Assembly (NCBI GenBank): GCA_022763105.1
Contig: JALEGK010000019.1
Span: 357 to 64,356 of the forward strand
Length of the DNA stretch: 64,000 nt
Direction of reading: 5' to 3'
Origin: Rickettsiales bacterium
GTDB taxonomy: Bacteria > Pseudomonadota > Alphaproteobacteria > Rickettsiales > UBA3002
The notes below the pieces were generated by a model. It was not told the origin of the DNA, searched no databases, and saw only the letters and a program-made list of their open reading frames with translations. Positions 39,310 to 51,249 of this stretch are shown here, one piece after another (within the stretch, counting starts at the first letter, position 1; each line of letters begins with the position of its first letter). The position numbers and the translations under genes are program-made.

Positions 39310-41264
39310 GATGCACCTCCAATCTGGAATAAGAATAACCAGCTTAGCAAGGCAACGAGTCCTAACAGCATGGCAAAGGCATAATGATAGACGAAACCAG
39401 TTTGCAGATTGCTAACCATTTTACCGACACGATCAGATAACCACGCCGCACCATTTGGTCCTAAGCCATCGATGACTTTGGTGTCCCAGAATTTCCAGAG
39501 ATACAGACCTTTTTTCTGAGCAGGTTTGACGAATAGGAAGTCATACAACTCATCGAAATACCATTTATTGAGCATGAATTTATACACCCATGAGAAGCTC
39601 TTAGCGCATTTGGCAGGAAGGTTGGTCTTTTTCATATAGGCGACGTAAGCCGCAAAGATACCAAGTAGCGCGACCACGATTGGTAAATACATTACCCATT
39701 TAGGTACATGATGCGCCTCTTCTAGGATAGGATGATCACCACCAGCGACCGGAATCGCCGCGCCCCAGAAGGCATCATTCGGTGCGACCATACCGATTTT
39801 ATAGCCATATGCACCTGCTCCCAATGCGCCAATAGCCAGCACGACGAGAGGTAACAGCATGACACGTGGTGATTCATGGATGTGCGACATCACTTCTTGT
39901 GATGCGCGTGGGCGACCATGGAAGGTCATAAAGATCAGACGCCATGAGTAGAACGCCGTCATGATGGCTGCGCCAATACCAAGCCAGAAGGCAATCTCGC
40001 CTTGTTGAGTGTGGGCTGCGTACGCGACTTCTAAGATAATATCTTTTGAGTAGTAACCCGCAAAGAATGGCAAGCCAGCAAGCGCTAACGATCCAATCCA
40101 CATAAATGCATAGGTATATGGAATCTCTTTCCAGATGCCACCCATCTTGCGCATATCTTGCTCATTCGACATGGCATGGATGACTGAGCCAGCACCAAGG
40201 AACAGCAGTGCCTTGAAAAATGCGTGCGTCATGAGGTGGAAGATCGCCGCCTGATAGGCGCCTACGCCACAAGCAAAGAACATATAGCCCAGTTGCGAAC
40301 AGGTAGAATAGGCAATCACGCGTTTAATATCGTTTTGTACCATACCTACGGTAGCCGCAAAGAAAGCGGTTGCTGCACCCACTAAGGTAACAACCATGAG
40401 TGCGGTTGGCGCCAACTCCATCATTGGAGAGATACGTGCAACCATGAATACGCCAGCCGTTACCATGGTAGCTGCGTGGATAAGAGCCGAAACTGGTGTT
40501 GGGCCTTCCATCGCATCGGGTAGCCATGTGTGAAGTAGCAGTTGTGCCGATTTACCCATCGCACCGACAAAGAGCAGGATACAGATGATATCCATCGTAT
40601 TGATCTGCCAATTCAAGAAGGTCATCATCGTATCGGCGTGAGTTGCTGCGGCGGCAAATACGGCGTCAAACTGGACAGTACCAAATACGGCGAAAACCGC
40701 CATGATACCAAGCGCAAAGCCAAAGTCACCGACACGGTTAACGATGAATGCTTTCATTGATGCTTCATTGGCGGAATCTTTTTGGAACCAGAAGCCAATG
40801 AGCAGGTATGAGCAAAGCCCTACCCCTTCCCATCCGAAGAAGAGCTGGACGAAATTATCTGCCGTCACCAACATCAACATGCAGAAGGTGAAGAGTGACA
40901 GATAGCACATGAAGCGCGGCTTGTGCGCATCGTGGCTCATATAGCCGATGGAATAGACATGCACGACAGCCGAGACGACCGTTACCACGACAAACATGAC
41001 GGCGGTTAGCGCATCAACACGTAATGCCCAGTCAATGGCGAATTGGCCGGAATGAATCCACGGCAGCAAGGTCACCGTTTCGGTGGTTTGGTTGAGCGCC
41101 ACGGCGTCGAAGATAATAAGCGACAGAATCGCGCTGACAATCATGCCACCCGCGGTGATGTATTGCGCGGTCGTATCAGCAATACGGCGTACCGATAGCC
41201 CGACAAACATCGCGCTGAGCAGCGGAATAAAGACTAGGGCTACAATCATTTCACTCAACGACAT
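39306..41264 (-). CDS. nuoL: NADH-quinone oxidoreductase subunit L
   Basis: 652 aa with [26 protein letters not shown] and a C-terminal lateral-helix region. Confidence 0.93.
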   Translation of the reverse strand: MSLSEMIVALVFIPLLSAMFVGLSVRRIADTTAQYITAGGMIVSAILSLIIFDAVALNQTTETVTLLPWIHSGQFAIDWALRVDALTAVMFVVVTVVSAVVHVYSIGYMSHDAHKPRFMCYLSLFTFCMLMLVTADNFVQLFFGWEGVGLCSYLLIGFWFQKDSANEASMKAFIVNRVGDFGFALGIMAVFAVFGTVQFDAVFAAAATHADTMMTFLNWQINTMDIICILLFVGAMGKSAQLLLHTWLPDAMEGPTPVSALIHAATMVTAGVFMVARISPMMELAPTALMVVTLVGAATAFFAATVGMVQNDIKRVIAYSTCSQLGYMFFACGVGAYQAAIFHLMTHAFFKALLFLGAGSVIHAMSNEQDMRKMGGIWKEIPYTYAFMWIGSLALAGLPFFAGYYSKDIILEVAYAAHTQQGEIAFWLGIGAAIMTAFYSWRLIFMTFHGRPRASQEVMSHIHESPRVMLLPLVVLAIGALGAGAYGYKIGMVAPNDAFWGAAIPVAGGDHPILEEAHHVPKWVMYLPIVVALLGIFAAYVAYMKKTNLPAKCAKSFSWVYKFMLNKWYFDELYDFLFVKPAQKKGLYLWKFWDTKVIDGLGPNGAAWLSDRVGKMVSNLQTGFVYHYAFAMLLGLVALLSWLFLFQIGGAS

Positions 41265-41267
41265 GCC

Positions 41268-41594
41268 TTACCCCTTCATCATGTTAACGTCTTCAACACT
41301 GATTGAGCCGCGATTACGGTAATACACAACCAATATTGCTAAGCCGATGGCTGCTTCTGCAGCGGCAACGGTTAGGATGAGAATTGAGAAAATCTGGCCG
41401 GTCAGATCGCCTAAATGCACCGAGAATGCAACCAGATTGATATTTACAGAAAGCAGAATCAACTCGATCGACATAAGGATGACGATGATATTTTTACGAT
41501 TCAGGAAGATGCCGCACACGCCCATAACAAATAGCAGCGTCGATAAGACGAGATAATGCATGAGGGTGATAGAGCCAAAGAGAACTTGTTCCAT
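41268..41594 (-). CDS. nuoK: NADH-quinone oxidoreductase subunit K
   Basis: 108 aa, three TM segments, ...[13 protein letters not shown]... Confidence 0.92.
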   Translation of the reverse strand: MEQVLFGSITLMHYLVLSTLLFVMGVCGIFLNRKNIIVILMSIELILLSVNINLVAFSVHLGDLTGQIFSILILTVAAAEAAIGLAILVVYYRNRGSISVEDVNMMKG

Positions 41595-41596
41595 GT

Positions 41597-42220
41597 CTAC
41601 GCCCCCTGTCCTGTTGGCACATCAACCAATTCGACCGAATCTTTACGTTTGCGCGATACCTGCTTGCCAATACGTTGGCGTCTCACACCCGGGCGATGAC
41701 GCAGGGTAAGCACAATTGCCCCTATCATGGCAACCAGCAATACCAATCCTGATAGCTGAAACAGATACGCGTAATGGGTGTAGAGCACGTTACCAATTGC
41801 ATGGGTGTTAGAGATGGCTTGAGGCGATGGGATTGGCATCGCTGGCTCAAGCGTGGATGAAGGCGCTAGCAGCGACGAATAAAGCAGCGCGCCAATTTCA
41901 ACGAACAATACAAGTGCGATCAGTAAGCCGATAGGCAGATATTCCAGAAACCCTGCACGGAGTTTTTCGTAATTGATGTTGAGCATCATCACGACAAATA
42001 AGAACAGCACAGCAACCGCGCCGACATAGACGATCACAAGCGTCATTGCCAAATATTCGGCGCCCAATAGCACAAACAAGCCCGCGGCATTAAAGAATGT
42101 CAGGATGAGGAAGAAGACAGAGTGAACCGAGTTTTTGACCGACACCACCATGGCGGCTGACGAGATCAGCACGGCGGCGAACAGATAAAAGACGGCACTT
42201 GCTACATCTAATGATTCCAT
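41597..42220 (-). CDS. nuoJ: NADH-quinone oxidoreductase subunit J
   Basis: 207-aa membrane protein, identified by position in the operon. Confidence 0.88.
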   Translation of the reverse strand: MESLDVASAVFYLFAAVLISSAAMVVSVKNSVHSVFFLILTFFNAAGLFVLLGAEYLAMTLVIVYVGAVAVLFLFVVMMLNINYEKLRAGFLEYLPIGLLIALVLFVEIGALLYSSLLAPSSTLEPAMPIPSPQAISNTHAIGNVLYTHYAYLFQLSGLVLLVAMIGAIVLTLRHRPGVRRQRIGKQVSRKRKDSVELVDVPTGQGA

Positions 42221-42355
42221 GAATCACGCTCTCTCTTTATCGTTTGCACAGTGTTAGTGGACTCCACTCACCTTGTGCAGTGTTAACCTTTATTCATAGC
42301 GATTATTCACAGGCGTTTGTTTGTTTTTGTTGTTGTGAAGCCACGCTTCACTTGC

Positions 42356-42844
42356 CTAGCGGTATGGTGCATCGGCCACCAGATTCTGAGCAATCTCATA
42401 CTCCCACCGGTCACCGTTAGCTAATAATTTGTCTTTATTGTAGTAAAGCTCTTCGCGCGTCTCTGCGGCGTATTCAAAATTTGGACCCTCAACAATGGCA
42501 TCCACGGGGCACGCTTCTTGGCAGAAGCCGCAATAGATGCATTTGGTCATATCGATATCGTAGCGGGTGGTACGGCGCGAGCCGTCGGCACGCTCTTCCG
42601 CTTCAATGGTGATGGCTTGCGCAGGACAAATTGCTTCGCATAGCTTACAGGCAATGCAGCGCTCTTCGCCGTTTGCGTAGCGTCGCAGCGCATGTTCGCC
42701 ACGAAAACGTGGGCTAAGCGGGCCCTTCTCGTATGGGTAATTGATCGTCACCTTTGGTTTAAAGATGTATTTAAACGTCAACCACATGCCGCTTAGCAAT
42801 TCGCTAAGCAGTAAGGCGCGGGTTGTACGGGCAAGCATCGTCAT
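42356..42844 (-). CDS. nuoI: NADH-quinone oxidoreductase subunit I
   Basis: Two 4Fe-4S motifs, [12 protein letters not shown] and [12 protein letters not shown]. Confidence 0.95.
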   Translation of the reverse strand: MTMLARTTRALLLSELLSGMWLTFKYIFKPKVTINYPYEKGPLSPRFRGEHALRRYANGEERCIACKLCEAICPAQAITIEAEERADGSRRTTRYDIDMTKCIYCGFCQEACPVDAIVEGPNFEYAAETREELYYNKDKLLANGDRWEYEIAQNLVADAPYR

Positions 42845-42852
42845 AGCATCTC

Positions 42853-43905
42853 CTACGATGGTAAACCGTCTGTATAGACCAGATAGCCAGAGATCACGGC
42901 GACCCAGATCAGTGAAAATGGTAAAAAGACTTTCCAGCCCAAGCGCATCAGCTGATCATAGCGATAGCGTGGGAAGGTGGCGCGCACCCACAGGAACACG
43001 AATAGCAGCGCTGATGTTTTGAGTGCAAACCAGATGACACCGGGCACAAAATTCAGTGATTCGATTGGCGCATGCCAACCGCCTAGGAATAAAATCACGG
43101 TCATGCCGCACATCAGAATCATGTTCGCATATTCACCGAGGAAGAAGAGCGCAAACGTCATGGATGAATATTCAACGTTATAGCCCGCTACCAACTCACC
43201 TTCTGCTTCGGGTAAATCGAATGGCAAGCGGTTGGTTTCGGCTAGTGCCGAGATAAAGAAGATCACAAACATTGGCAGTAATGGTGAGAATACGTACCAA
43301 TGCGCAACACCGCCAGATTGAGCGCGGACAATATCGCCTAGGTTTAACGAGCCGACATATAGCAGTACCGTTACAATGACAAAGCCGATGGAGACTTCAT
43401 AGGAGATCATCTGCGCGGCAGAGCGAATCGCGCCTAAGAATGCATATTTCGAGTTACTCGCCCAACCCGACATGATGATACCGTAAACACCAAGCGATGA
43501 GATTGCGAAGAGATAGAGCACGCCGACATTGATATCGGCAATAACAAACTCGCTGGACACCGGAATGACGGCCCAGCCCAATAGCGCAAGCATAAAGGTA
43601 ATCATCGGTGCGAGCACGAATACCAGCACGTTGGCTTGCGATGGAATGATCGTCTCTTTTAGGAATAATTTCAGGCCATCTGCCATTGGTTGCAGCAGGC
43701 CAAATGGACCAACCACGTTGGGGCCTTTACGCATCTGCATGGCGGCAATGACTTTGCGCTCAGCATAGGTTAGATACGCCACCGCAATCAGAAGCGGTAC
43801 GGTTACCAACAAAATGCTTCCTAGCACTTCAAGCAACGGCAGAATATTTGCTTCGAAAAACTTATACTGCTCGATGGTCAGTTGGGTAGCCAGCCATTCT
43901 AACAT
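42853..43905 (-). CDS. nuoH: NADH-quinone oxidoreductase subunit H
   Basis: 350-aa polytopic protein with ...[26 protein letters not shown]... Confidence 0.95.
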   Translation of the reverse strand: MLEWLATQLTIEQYKFFEANILPLLEVLGSILLVTVPLLIAVAYLTYAERKVIAAMQMRKGPNVVGPFGLLQPMADGLKLFLKETIIPSQANVLVFVLAPMITFMLALLGWAVIPVSSEFVIADINVGVLYLFAISSLGVYGIIMSGWASNSKYAFLGAIRSAAQMISYEVSIGFVIVTVLLYVGSLNLGDIVRAQSGGVAHWYVFSPLLPMFVIFFISALAETNRLPFDLPEAEGELVAGYNVEYSSMTFALFFLGEYANMILMCGMTVILFLGGWHAPIESLNFVPGVIWFALKTSALLFVFLWVRATFPRYRYDQLMRLGWKVFLPFSLIWVAVISGYLVYTDGLPS

Positions 43906-45977
43906 TATGCGGCCTCCTTCTGATCATGGCCCATTTCAGCACGTGCTTTGGTGCATTGTGCCATCGTTTCCGAGGCACGGCTGATCGGATCGGTCATGTA
44001 GAAATTATAGATGGTAGGCTCGAAGCCTTCCTTCGTGATCTTGAAGGTTTTTGGCTGCTTAGACGCTTTCTTCCACGCGGTTTTCTGTACCACATCAAGC
44101 TCAGCTAATACTGGTGCCTGTGTCGCGACATGCTGGCGCAATTCGGTTAGTGAATTATATGGCAAGGTGCATTCGAGATGCTCTGACAATGCACGGATGA
44201 TCGCCCAATCTTCTTTGGCTTCCCCCTTTGGGAATACGCATGGAAATGCGCGCTGTGGGCGTCCTTCGGTATTTACGTAAACCGCATCTTTCTCGGTATA
44301 GGCCGCGCCGGGCAGAATCACATCGGCGCGGTGTGCACCGATATCGCCGTGATGGCCCTGATAGATAATGAAGGAATCGCCGAAGTAAGACATATCGATT
44401 TCATCGACACCTAACAGATACAGCACTTCGATTTGTTTTTGCTGAATGTCTTCGATGAAGGTCGCGACACCATCGGATGCTTTCTTAGGCACAAAGCCAA
44501 TATCCAAGCCGCCAACGCGCGCAGCCGCATAATGCAGCATGTTAAAGCCGTTCCAATCATCGCGGATGACGTTGCAATTCTCTGCAATCGCTTTCGCAGC
44601 CGATAGAATGGAGTTGCCATCTTGGCGAGCGGTTGCCGCAGAACCGATGATGACGAGCGGATTCTTCGCATCTTTTAATTTCTTCGCAACCGGATGATCG
44701 CCGGTAAAGATCTTATTCAAAATCGTTGGCTCATTTCCTAGCTCTTCGACCGGATAGGTCAGATCAGCGGGGATACCGACATTGAAGAATTCCGCACCAT
44801 TTTTAATGTATGCACGGCGTAGGCGCGCATTGATAATTGGCGCTTCTTCGCGTGGGTTGGTGCCGATAAACAGCACAACATCTGCTTCTGATAGCTGAGA
44901 AAGCGGCGTATTCATGATGTATGACGCGCGGTCTGATGCATCGATCTTCGCGCCATCTTGACGGCAATCAACACGCTCTGAACCGAGCGCGGCCATTAGC
45001 TCTTTCAGCGCCATCATGCTTTCTACATCGGCCAGATTACCAGCCAGAGCGGCCATCTGGTCACCCTCTAGGCCCTTCACTTTGGCTGCAATCGCATCGA
45101 ATGCTTCTGCCCAAGAAGCAGGCTTTAGCTTGCCATCAATGCGTACATACGGGCGGTCTAGGCGTTGGTTTTTCAGGCCATCGCAGGCATAACGGGTTTT
45201 ATCGGAAACCCATTCCTCATTCACTTCATCATTCGCGCGTGGCATAACACGAAGCACCGCCTCGCCGCGTGAATCGACACGGATATTACTGCCCACCGCA
45301 TCCATCACATCGATGGTTTCAGTTTTCTTTAGCTCCCACGGGCGCGAAACAAAGGCATAAGGCTTGCTGGTGAGTGCACCGACTGGGCAAAGGTCAATGA
45401 CATTGGCAGACATTTCAGATGCCAAGGTTTTCTCAAGATAGGTGGTAATCTGCGTTTCTTCGCCGCGGTAAATCGCGCCCAAATCCGGCACACCGGCAAT
45501 ATCTTCAGCGAAACGCACGCAACGGGTACAGTGAATACAACGCGTCATATGGGTTTTAATCAGCGGGCCCATATGTTTGTCTTCAACGGCACGCTTATGT
45601 TCGGTATAGCGCGAGGTGCCAGAGCCATAAAAGACGGCTTGGTCTTGCAGGTCACACTCACCGCCCTGATCGCAGATTGGGCAATCAAGCGGGTGGTTGA
45701 TGAGCAAAAATTCCATCACGCCTTCGCGTGCTTTTTTCACCATTTCACTTTTGGTAGAAATCTCTTGGCCATCCATAGCTGGCAGCGCGCAAGATGCTTG
45801 CGGCTTTGGTGGCCCTGGCTTGGCTTCTACCAAGCACATGCGGCAGTTACCCGCAATTTCCAGCTTTTCATGATAGCAAAAACGTGGAATTTCGATGCCG
45901 TACATATCGGCAACCTGAATGACGCTCATTCCGGCTTCAAATTCGTATTCCACTCCATCAATTTTCAACGTTGGCAT
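43905..45977 (-). CDS. nuoG: NADH-quinone oxidoreductase subunit G
   Basis: N-terminal 2Fe-2S and 4Fe-4S motifs: [28 protein letters not shown] and [11 protein letters not shown]. Confidence 0.95.
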   Translation of the reverse strand: MPTLKIDGVEYEFEAGMSVIQVADMYGIEIPRFCYHEKLEIAGNCRMCLVEAKPGPPKPQASCALPAMDGQEISTKSEMVKKAREGVMEFLLINHPLDCPICDQGGECDLQDQAVFYGSGTSRYTEHKRAVEDKHMGPLIKTHMTRCIHCTRCVRFAEDIAGVPDLGAIYRGEETQITTYLEKTLASEMSANVIDLCPVGALTSKPYAFVSRPWELKKTETIDVMDAVGSNIRVDSRGEAVLRVMPRANDEVNEEWVSDKTRYACDGLKNQRLDRPYVRIDGKLKPASWAEAFDAIAAKVKGLEGDQMAALAGNLADVESMMALKELMAALGSERVDCRQDGAKIDASDRASYIMNTPLSQLSEADVVLFIGTNPREEAPIINARLRRAYIKNGAEFFNVGIPADLTYPVEELGNEPTILNKIFTGDHPVAKKLKDAKNPLVIIGSAATARQDGNSILSAAKAIAENCNVIRDDWNGFNMLHYAAARVGGLDIGFVPKKASDGVATFIEDIQQKQIEVLYLLGVDEIDMSYFGDSFIIYQGHHGDIGAHRADVILPGAAYTEKDAVYVNTEGRPQRAFPCVFPKGEAKEDWAIIRALSEHLECTLPYNSLTELRQHVATQAPVLAELDVVQKTAWKKASKQPKTFKITKEGFEPTIYNFYMTDPISRASETMAQCTKARAEMGHDQKEAA

Positions 45978-45985
45978 AGGTCTCT

Positions 45986-46225
45986 CTACTTTTCAGCCTC
46001 GATTTTTTTATCTCTTATCTTTTTTAGAACCTCGTGCATATGCATCTCACTGAAGATTCTAAATATAATATAAGGTATGACAGCAGCCGATAATGCAATT
46101 GCTGCAGCCGCAGCCTGTTGGGGGGCGCTTTTAGCAGCGCTCAAATCCATTACCAAACCGCACCCAGAAATTAGAGCAAAACACACGGCAGTAATTGCAG
46201 CTAATTTAATAAAAAATTCCATCAC
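45986..46225 (-). CDS. Small hydrophobic protein inserted between nuoF and nuoG (unknown function)
   Basis: 79 aa. The ATG overlaps the nuoF stop (ATGA). Has two hydrophobic segments, a lipobox-like ALISGC and a basic C-terminus. Confidence 0.55.
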   Translation of the reverse strand: MMEFFIKLAAITAVCFALISGCGLVMDLSAAKSAPQQAAAAAIALSAAVIPYIIFRIFSEMHMHEVLKKIRDKKIEAEK

Positions 46226-47496
46226 GCAGCTTTCTTATAGGCTTTGATACGCGCTTCCATCTCTGGGCGGAAATGGCGGATAAGGCCTTGTACTGGCCAA
46301 GCCGCTGCATCTCCGAGTGCACAGATGGTGTGCCCTTCGATTCGGCGCGTGATATCTTCGAGTTGATCGATTTCTTCTAGTGTTGCGTTGCCATCGACCA
46401 TGCGCTTCATGACGCGGGCAAGCCAGCCCGTGCCTTCGCGGCATGGGGTGCATTGACCGCACGATTCATGCATATAAAAGGCCGATAGGCGCGCAATCGC
46501 TTTGACGATATCGGTTGATTTATCCATAACAATCACAGCTGCGGTACCAAGGCCCGACTGCACGGCGCGCAGCGAGTCAAAATCCATCAGCACATCGTCG
46601 CAAATATCTTTTGGAAGCACGGGCACGGATGAACCACCCGGAATGACCGCGAGCAGATTATCCCATCCGCCGCGTACGCCGCCGCAATGCTTCTCTAGCA
46701 GCTCGCGCAGCGGAATGCCCATTTCTTCTTCGACATTACATGGCTGCTCGACATGGCCTGAAATACAGAAAAGCTTCGTGCCGGTATTATTCTCGCGGCC
46801 AAGACCTGCGAACCAGCCAGAACCACGGCGCAGAATTTCTGGCACCACGGCAATCGACTCAACATTGTTTACGGTTGTTGGGCAACCCCAGACACCGCAT
46901 GCCGCAGGGAATGGCGGCTTAAGGCGTGGTTGGCCTTTTTTACCTTCCAGCGATTCGATCAGCGCGGTTTCTTCGCCGCAGATATACGCGCCGGAACCAC
47001 GATGCACATAAACATCGAAATCATAGCCAGACTTACAGGCATTTTTGCCCAGATAGCCTTTGGCGTAGGCTTCTTCGATAGCATGATCCAGTCGATCTGC
47101 TTCGACTTCAAACTCACCGCGAATATAAATGTAAGCGGCCACAGCACCGATTGCGAAGCCACCAATTAAGCAGCCCTCGATAAGTTTGTGCGGATCATTA
47201 CGCATGATCTCGCGGTCTTTGCAGGTACCCGGCTCGCCCTCATCGGCATTGACCACCAGATAAGCTGGGCGGCCATCGGATTCCTTCGGCATGAAGGACC
47301 ATTTCATCCCCGTTGAGAAGCCCGCGCCGCCACGACCACGCAGGCCGGATGCTTTCACTTCTTCGACGATATTTTCGCGCCCCATGGCGAGCAGCTTTTT
47401 TGTGCCAGACCAATCGCCACGCTTTTCGGCGCCTTTGAGCTGCCAATCTTCAAAGCCATACAGGTTGGTGAATATGCGATCTTTATCTTGTAACAT
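46222..47496 (-). CDS. nuoF: NADH-quinone oxidoreductase subunit F
   Basis: Contains [30 protein letters not shown] and [12 protein letters not shown]. Confidence 0.96.
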   Translation of the reverse strand: MLQDKDRIFTNLYGFEDWQLKGAEKRGDWSGTKKLLAMGRENIVEEVKASGLRGRGGAGFSTGMKWSFMPKESDGRPAYLVVNADEGEPGTCKDREIMRNDPHKLIEGCLIGGFAIGAVAAYIYIRGEFEVEADRLDHAIEEAYAKGYLGKNACKSGYDFDVYVHRGSGAYICGEETALIESLEGKKGQPRLKPPFPAACGVWGCPTTVNNVESIAVVPEILRRGSGWFAGLGRENNTGTKLFCISGHVEQPCNVEEEMGIPLRELLEKHCGGVRGGWDNLLAVIPGGSSVPVLPKDICDDVLMDFDSLRAVQSGLGTAAVIVMDKSTDIVKAIARLSAFYMHESCGQCTPCREGTGWLARVMKRMVDGNATLEEIDQLEDITRRIEGHTICALGDAAAWPVQGLIRHFRPEMEARIKAYKKAA

Positions 47497-47498
47497 CC

Positions 47499-48149
47499 TT
47501 ACCCCGCCTTCTTCATGGCTTCCCAGCCTTTTTTCTGTTCTTCCAGCGTTGTCGGGCCGGTAAATGGCTCAGACGCGTTACGGCCAGCCTGAGAGCCGAC
47601 TTTTGGCATTTCGTCTTTCTTCAGCATCTTGAGAAGCTTGCGGGTGCTGTTGTAATCGAGGTCTTCGAAGAAACGATCCCAATCTGGCGTGGTGATTTCA
47701 ATCATTGGCGCGTTACAGCATGCGCCCAAACATTCCACTTCCGTCAGACCGAATTTACCGTCTTTGGTGACTTCACCAAATTCAACATTCAGCTCATCCT
47801 TGCAGGCTTTCACCACATCATCGGAACCACGTAGCCAGCAAGGTGTGGTGGTGCAGACCTGCACATGATACTGCCCCATCGGCGCGAGGTTATACATGGT
47901 ATAGAAGGTCGCGACCTCATAGACGCGGATGAATGGCATATTGAGCATGGTCGCAATGGTTTCGACCGCGGCGCGTGGTACCCAGCCATCGTTCTGGCGC
48001 TGTGCAAGCGTGAGCAGCGGCATGACCGCGCTTTGCTGACGCCCTTCTGGATATTTGGCGATATGTTTATTCGCCTCTTCCAGATTTTCTGGCGTGAACT
48101 CAAAGCTCAGCGGTTGTAATTCATCTGGTGCAGGTTGTCTGGCAGCCAT
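47499..48149 (-). CDS. nuoE: NADH-quinone oxidoreductase subunit E
   Basis: 2Fe-2S ligands in [11 protein letters not shown]...[10 protein letters not shown]. Confidence 0.93.
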   Translation of the reverse strand: MAARQPAPDELQPLSFEFTPENLEEANKHIAKYPEGRQQSAVMPLLTLAQRQNDGWVPRAAVETIATMLNMPFIRVYEVATFYTMYNLAPMGQYHVQVCTTTPCWLRGSDDVVKACKDELNVEFGEVTKDGKFGLTEVECLGACCNAPMIEITTPDWDRFFEDLDYNSTRKLLKMLKKDEMPKVGSQAGRNASEPFTGPTTLEEQKKGWEAMKKAG

Positions 48150-49330
48150 TAGCGGTCAATCTCCCCAAATACGATATCTAATGTACCAATGATCGCGCTG
48201 ACATCAGCGAGCATGTGGCCTTTACTAATAAAGTCTAATCCTTGCAGATGCGCATATCCCGGCGCGCGGATTTTGCAGCGATATGGACGGTTGGTGTCAT
48301 CTGCCACTAAGAACACGCCGAACTCACCTTTTGGTGCTTCAACTGCGGTGTAGGTTTCACCCGCAGGCACATGATAGCCCTCTGAATAGAGTTTGAAGTG
48401 GTGGATGAGCGCTTCCATTGAGTGTTTCATGAGATCGCGACGTGGTGGCGCGACTTTCGGATCGTCAGTGAGGACTTCACCACCCGGCAATTTCTCGATG
48501 CATTGCTTGATCATGCTGACACTTTGGCGCATCTCTTCGATACGGCAGAGGTAGCGATCATAGCAGTCACCGTTTTTACCAACTGGAATCTGGAATTCTA
48601 ACTCGTCATAAATTTCATATGGTCGGGATTTACGCAGATCCCATGCGACACCTGAGCCACGAAGCATTGGACCAGTAAAGCCCCACGCCTGCGCTTCTAC
48701 GGCACTTACTACACCTACATCGACGGTACGCTGTTTCCAGATACGGTTTTCAGTCAGCAGGCCTTCGACATCATCGATGATAGGCAAAAATCCATCGCAG
48801 AAGGCTGCGATCTCAGCGTCCATACCCGCTGGGATATCTTGGTGGATACCACCCGGGCGAACATACGCAGAGTGGAAGCGAGCACCGGATGCGCGCTCAT
48901 AGAATTCCATCATTTTCTCGCGCTCTTCAAACATCCAAAGCAGCGGTGTCGTCGCGCCAATATCGATGGCTTGTGTTGTCACATTCATGATGTGGTTGAG
49001 CAGGCGCGTCATTTCCAGGAAAATGACTCGGAGATATTTCGCGCGAGCAGGGATTTCGCAACCAAGCAACTTCTCTACGGCTAGCGAGTAGCAATGCTCC
49101 AGCGCCATTGGCGAGACATAATCCAAGCGGTCAAAATAAGGCAGCGCCTGAAGATAGGTTTTATGCTCGATGAGTTTTTCAGTACCACGATGCAGCAGAC
49201 CAATATGCGGGTCTGCACGTTCTACCACCTCGCCGTCCATTTCCAACACCAATCGGAGCACGCCGTGGGCTGCTGGGTGTTGCGGGCCAAAGTTAAGCGT
49301 TAGATTCTTAATATCGACTTCGTTACTCAC
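48149..49330 (-). CDS. nuoD: NADH-quinone oxidoreductase subunit D
   Basis: Contains [15 protein letters not shown] and ends IVFGEIDR. Confidence 0.96.
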   Translation of the reverse strand: MSNEVDIKNLTLNFGPQHPAAHGVLRLVLEMDGEVVERADPHIGLLHRGTEKLIEHKTYLQALPYFDRLDYVSPMALEHCYSLAVEKLLGCEIPARAKYLRVIFLEMTRLLNHIMNVTTQAIDIGATTPLLWMFEEREKMMEFYERASGARFHSAYVRPGGIHQDIPAGMDAEIAAFCDGFLPIIDDVEGLLTENRIWKQRTVDVGVVSAVEAQAWGFTGPMLRGSGVAWDLRKSRPYEIYDELEFQIPVGKNGDCYDRYLCRIEEMRQSVSMIKQCIEKLPGGEVLTDDPKVAPPRRDLMKHSMEALIHHFKLYSEGYHVPAGETYTAVEAPKGEFGVFLVADDTNRPYRCKIRAPGYAHLQGLDFISKGHMLADVSAIIGTLDIVFGEIDR

Positions 49331-49345
49331 GTTTTACCTACTGTG

Positions 49346-49894
49346 TCATTGTCTTAACAGTGTGGGAACACACTGGCGAATATATTGGTTTCGTTGGCCT
49401 ACAAAGCGTGCTGGATTATGACCAGCCGCAATATACGCATCATCGAAACGTTTTGCACATATTTCTTGTGCTTTTTTCAGTCTTTGTTTCTTCTGTTCTA
49501 CTAATCGTTCTTGAAGCTGGCGGCTGCGCAACGCTTCTAATTGTCTTTGCTCTTCCATACGCTTTTCTGCCTCGCCCGGCGCTTCGACATATTGCAGGCT
49601 GTAAACGCCATACAGAACCGCGCAGGCCGTTAATATAACGTAGCCCCTGGCGAGTGGCGTCAGCGAGAAATTGCTTACATTGTATGCGGAAATCCATATG
49701 GCTTTGAGCGTCATTGCGATATGGACCAACACGAAGAAATACAGCGGAATCGCGATGAATGGAATCAGGTTGGCGAGGCCAAATGCCAGCACAGCGAGCG
49801 CGAAGCTGCTCACTAGGTGAAACAGACAAAACACCTTCCAGAGCGGGGCTGTGCCCGACCATATTTCCACTAGAAATGCTTTGAACTCCGACAT
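49346..49894 (-). CDS. Membrane protein inserted between nuoC and nuoD (three TM segments, a coiled segment and a two-Cys C-terminal module); unknown function
   Basis: 182-aa ORF whose hydrophobic frame is preferred over the overlapping Arg-rich 152-aa frame. Its C-terminal 37 aa align without gaps to the C-terminus of the upstream ORF. Confidence 0.6.
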   Translation of the reverse strand: MSEFKAFLVEIWSGTAPLWKVFCLFHLVSSFALAVLAFGLANLIPFIAIPLYFFVLVHIAMTLKAIWISAYNVSNFSLTPLARGYVILTACAVLYGVYSLQYVEAPGEAEKRMEEQRQLEALRSRQLQERLVEQKKQRLKKAQEICAKRFDDAYIAAGHNPARFVGQRNQYIRQCVPTLLRQ

Positions 49895-49902
49895 TCACGC
49901 TT

Positions 49903-51249
49903 TTACTGACCCTTCAAATATTCCACACATTTGCTGACATAGGCCTTGCGGCGATCTGGATAATCATCCGGATTAAAGCCACCTGCGCGATATTCAGCTT
50001 CAAAATTCGCACGGCAACGCCCTTCTTCAGGTGATGATACTGGCTCAGGCATTGGCTGTGGCGCACTCATTGGTGGCAATTCTTCTGGTGCGGATGGCGC
50101 GATTGGCGCTGCATCTATCATAGGGTCCGCATCCATTGGTGGGGCCATCATGTCTGTTGGCTCGCCCATTGGAGGCGTCATTGGAGGCTCCATGGCATCA
50201 GCAGGTGCTGGCATACCATCACCTTTTAAAATCATCACATCTTCTGATGGTGCAGGTGGAATAGCCGGCGTGCCAAAGGTTGGGGTTGGAGTTGTTTCTG
50301 GCGCATCTGATCCGCCTGTTAAGAAAATAACCGCAGCCAGAATCAATGCGATTAAAACGACTGCCAGAATAATATATTTTTTGTAGGACTTTGCCGGAAC
50401 ATCAGCTTCGAATAATTCCTGTGGCTGCTCTTCATCTGTATGCATTTCCTGACGTAGTTGATGCGTAACATCATTCGCAAACGGATCAGAAGGTTGCTGG
50501 AAGTTTTCTGAATAGGGATCTGATGTATCCCCGCTTGATGGAAGCGGTGGTGGTGGCGTTGCAGCCGCTGTATCCGCACCGGTAGCCGAAGCCATTTCAT
50601 TATCATCGAATGGGCTATCGAACGGGCTGCCATAGTCACCAGATGAAGCCGGGGTGTCTGATGGCGTTGTTGTTGAAGTATCTTGCCAATCAGAACCCGA
50701 AGACGAGCTGTCTGCATCCGCAGAACCAAAGCCATAATCAGCATCACCAAAACCATCAGATGGAGGGGGTGTTGGCGCGTCTGGCGCATCGCTTGGCGGT
50801 GGAGGTGGTGGAGGTGCGTCTGGCACTTCATCCAGCGAGCCAAACCCACCCGGGTCATCACTGGGCGATGGGTTATATTCGTTACTATATGGGTCCATTG
50901 ACGCTGCTACAGATGCTGTGGTTGATTCTGAAGGTGGCGGAGATGGCGGAGGAGCTGGTGGCGCGTCCGGCACGTAATCACCTTGCGTTTGAGAAGATGC
51001 GCTATAATCATCCCCAACATCATCTACTGGAGGTGGTGGCGGCGGCGGTGGCGCATCGGGAACCGCATCCAGAGGGTCTGGGTCTGAAGGTGATTCTGCT
51101 GGCTGATCTGCCTTCATATCTTCTTCAGTAAAGGGACCGCTTGCGAATGGGCTGCTGACATCATCTGAGTCATCCTCAAAAGAGGTCGCATCATTCATCT
51201 CATCTTCCGAGAATGGATTGGCAAATGGGTCCTTGTCTGAATCTGTCAC
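49903..51249 (-). CDS. Acidic proline-rich single-pass membrane protein inserted between nuoC and nuoD; unknown function
   Basis: 448 aa. The GTG start overlaps the nuoC stop (GTGA). One TM segment ([24 protein letters not shown]) and the shared two-Cys C-terminal module. Confidence 0.6.
   Translation of the reverse strand: MTDSDKDPFANPFSEDEMNDATSFEDDSDDVSSPFASGPFTEEDMKADQPAESPSDPDPLDAVPDAPPPPPPPPVDDVGDDYSASSQTQGDYVPDAPPAPPPSPPPSESTTASVAASMDPYSNEYNPSPSDDPGGFGSLDEVPDAPPPPPPPSDAPDAPTPPPSDGFGDADYGFGSADADSSSSGSDWQDTSTTTPSDTPASSGDYGSPFDSPFDDNEMASATGADTAAATPPPPLPSSGDTSDPYSENFQQPSDPFANDVTHQLRQEMHTDEEQPQELFEADVPAKSYKKYIILAVVLIALILAAVIFLTGGSDAPETTPTPTFGTPAIPPAPSEDVMILKGDGMPAPADAMEPPMTPPMGEPTDMMAPPMDADPMIDAAPIAPSAPEELPPMSAPQPMPEPVSSPEEGRCRANFEAEYRAGGFNPDDYPDRRKAYVSKCVEYLKGQ

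Noticed and set aside
45531-47011. 180-aa and 169-aa plus-strand ORFs antisense to nuoG and nuoF
   Set aside because: They lie opposite strongly motif-supported genes and have no start context or recognisable features.
49440-49898. 152-aa alternative frame overlapping the 182-aa nuoC-nuoD insert ORF
   Set aside because: It is Arg/Ser-rich, an off-frame-type composition. The other frame gives clean TM helices and the conserved C-terminal module.
50150-51131. Several 78-173-aa ORFs on both strands inside the proline-rich gene
   Set aside because: The low-complexity GC-rich codon repeats (CCN/GGN) keep all frames open. Only the 448-aa frame is coupled to nuoC and carries a TM segment and the shared module.
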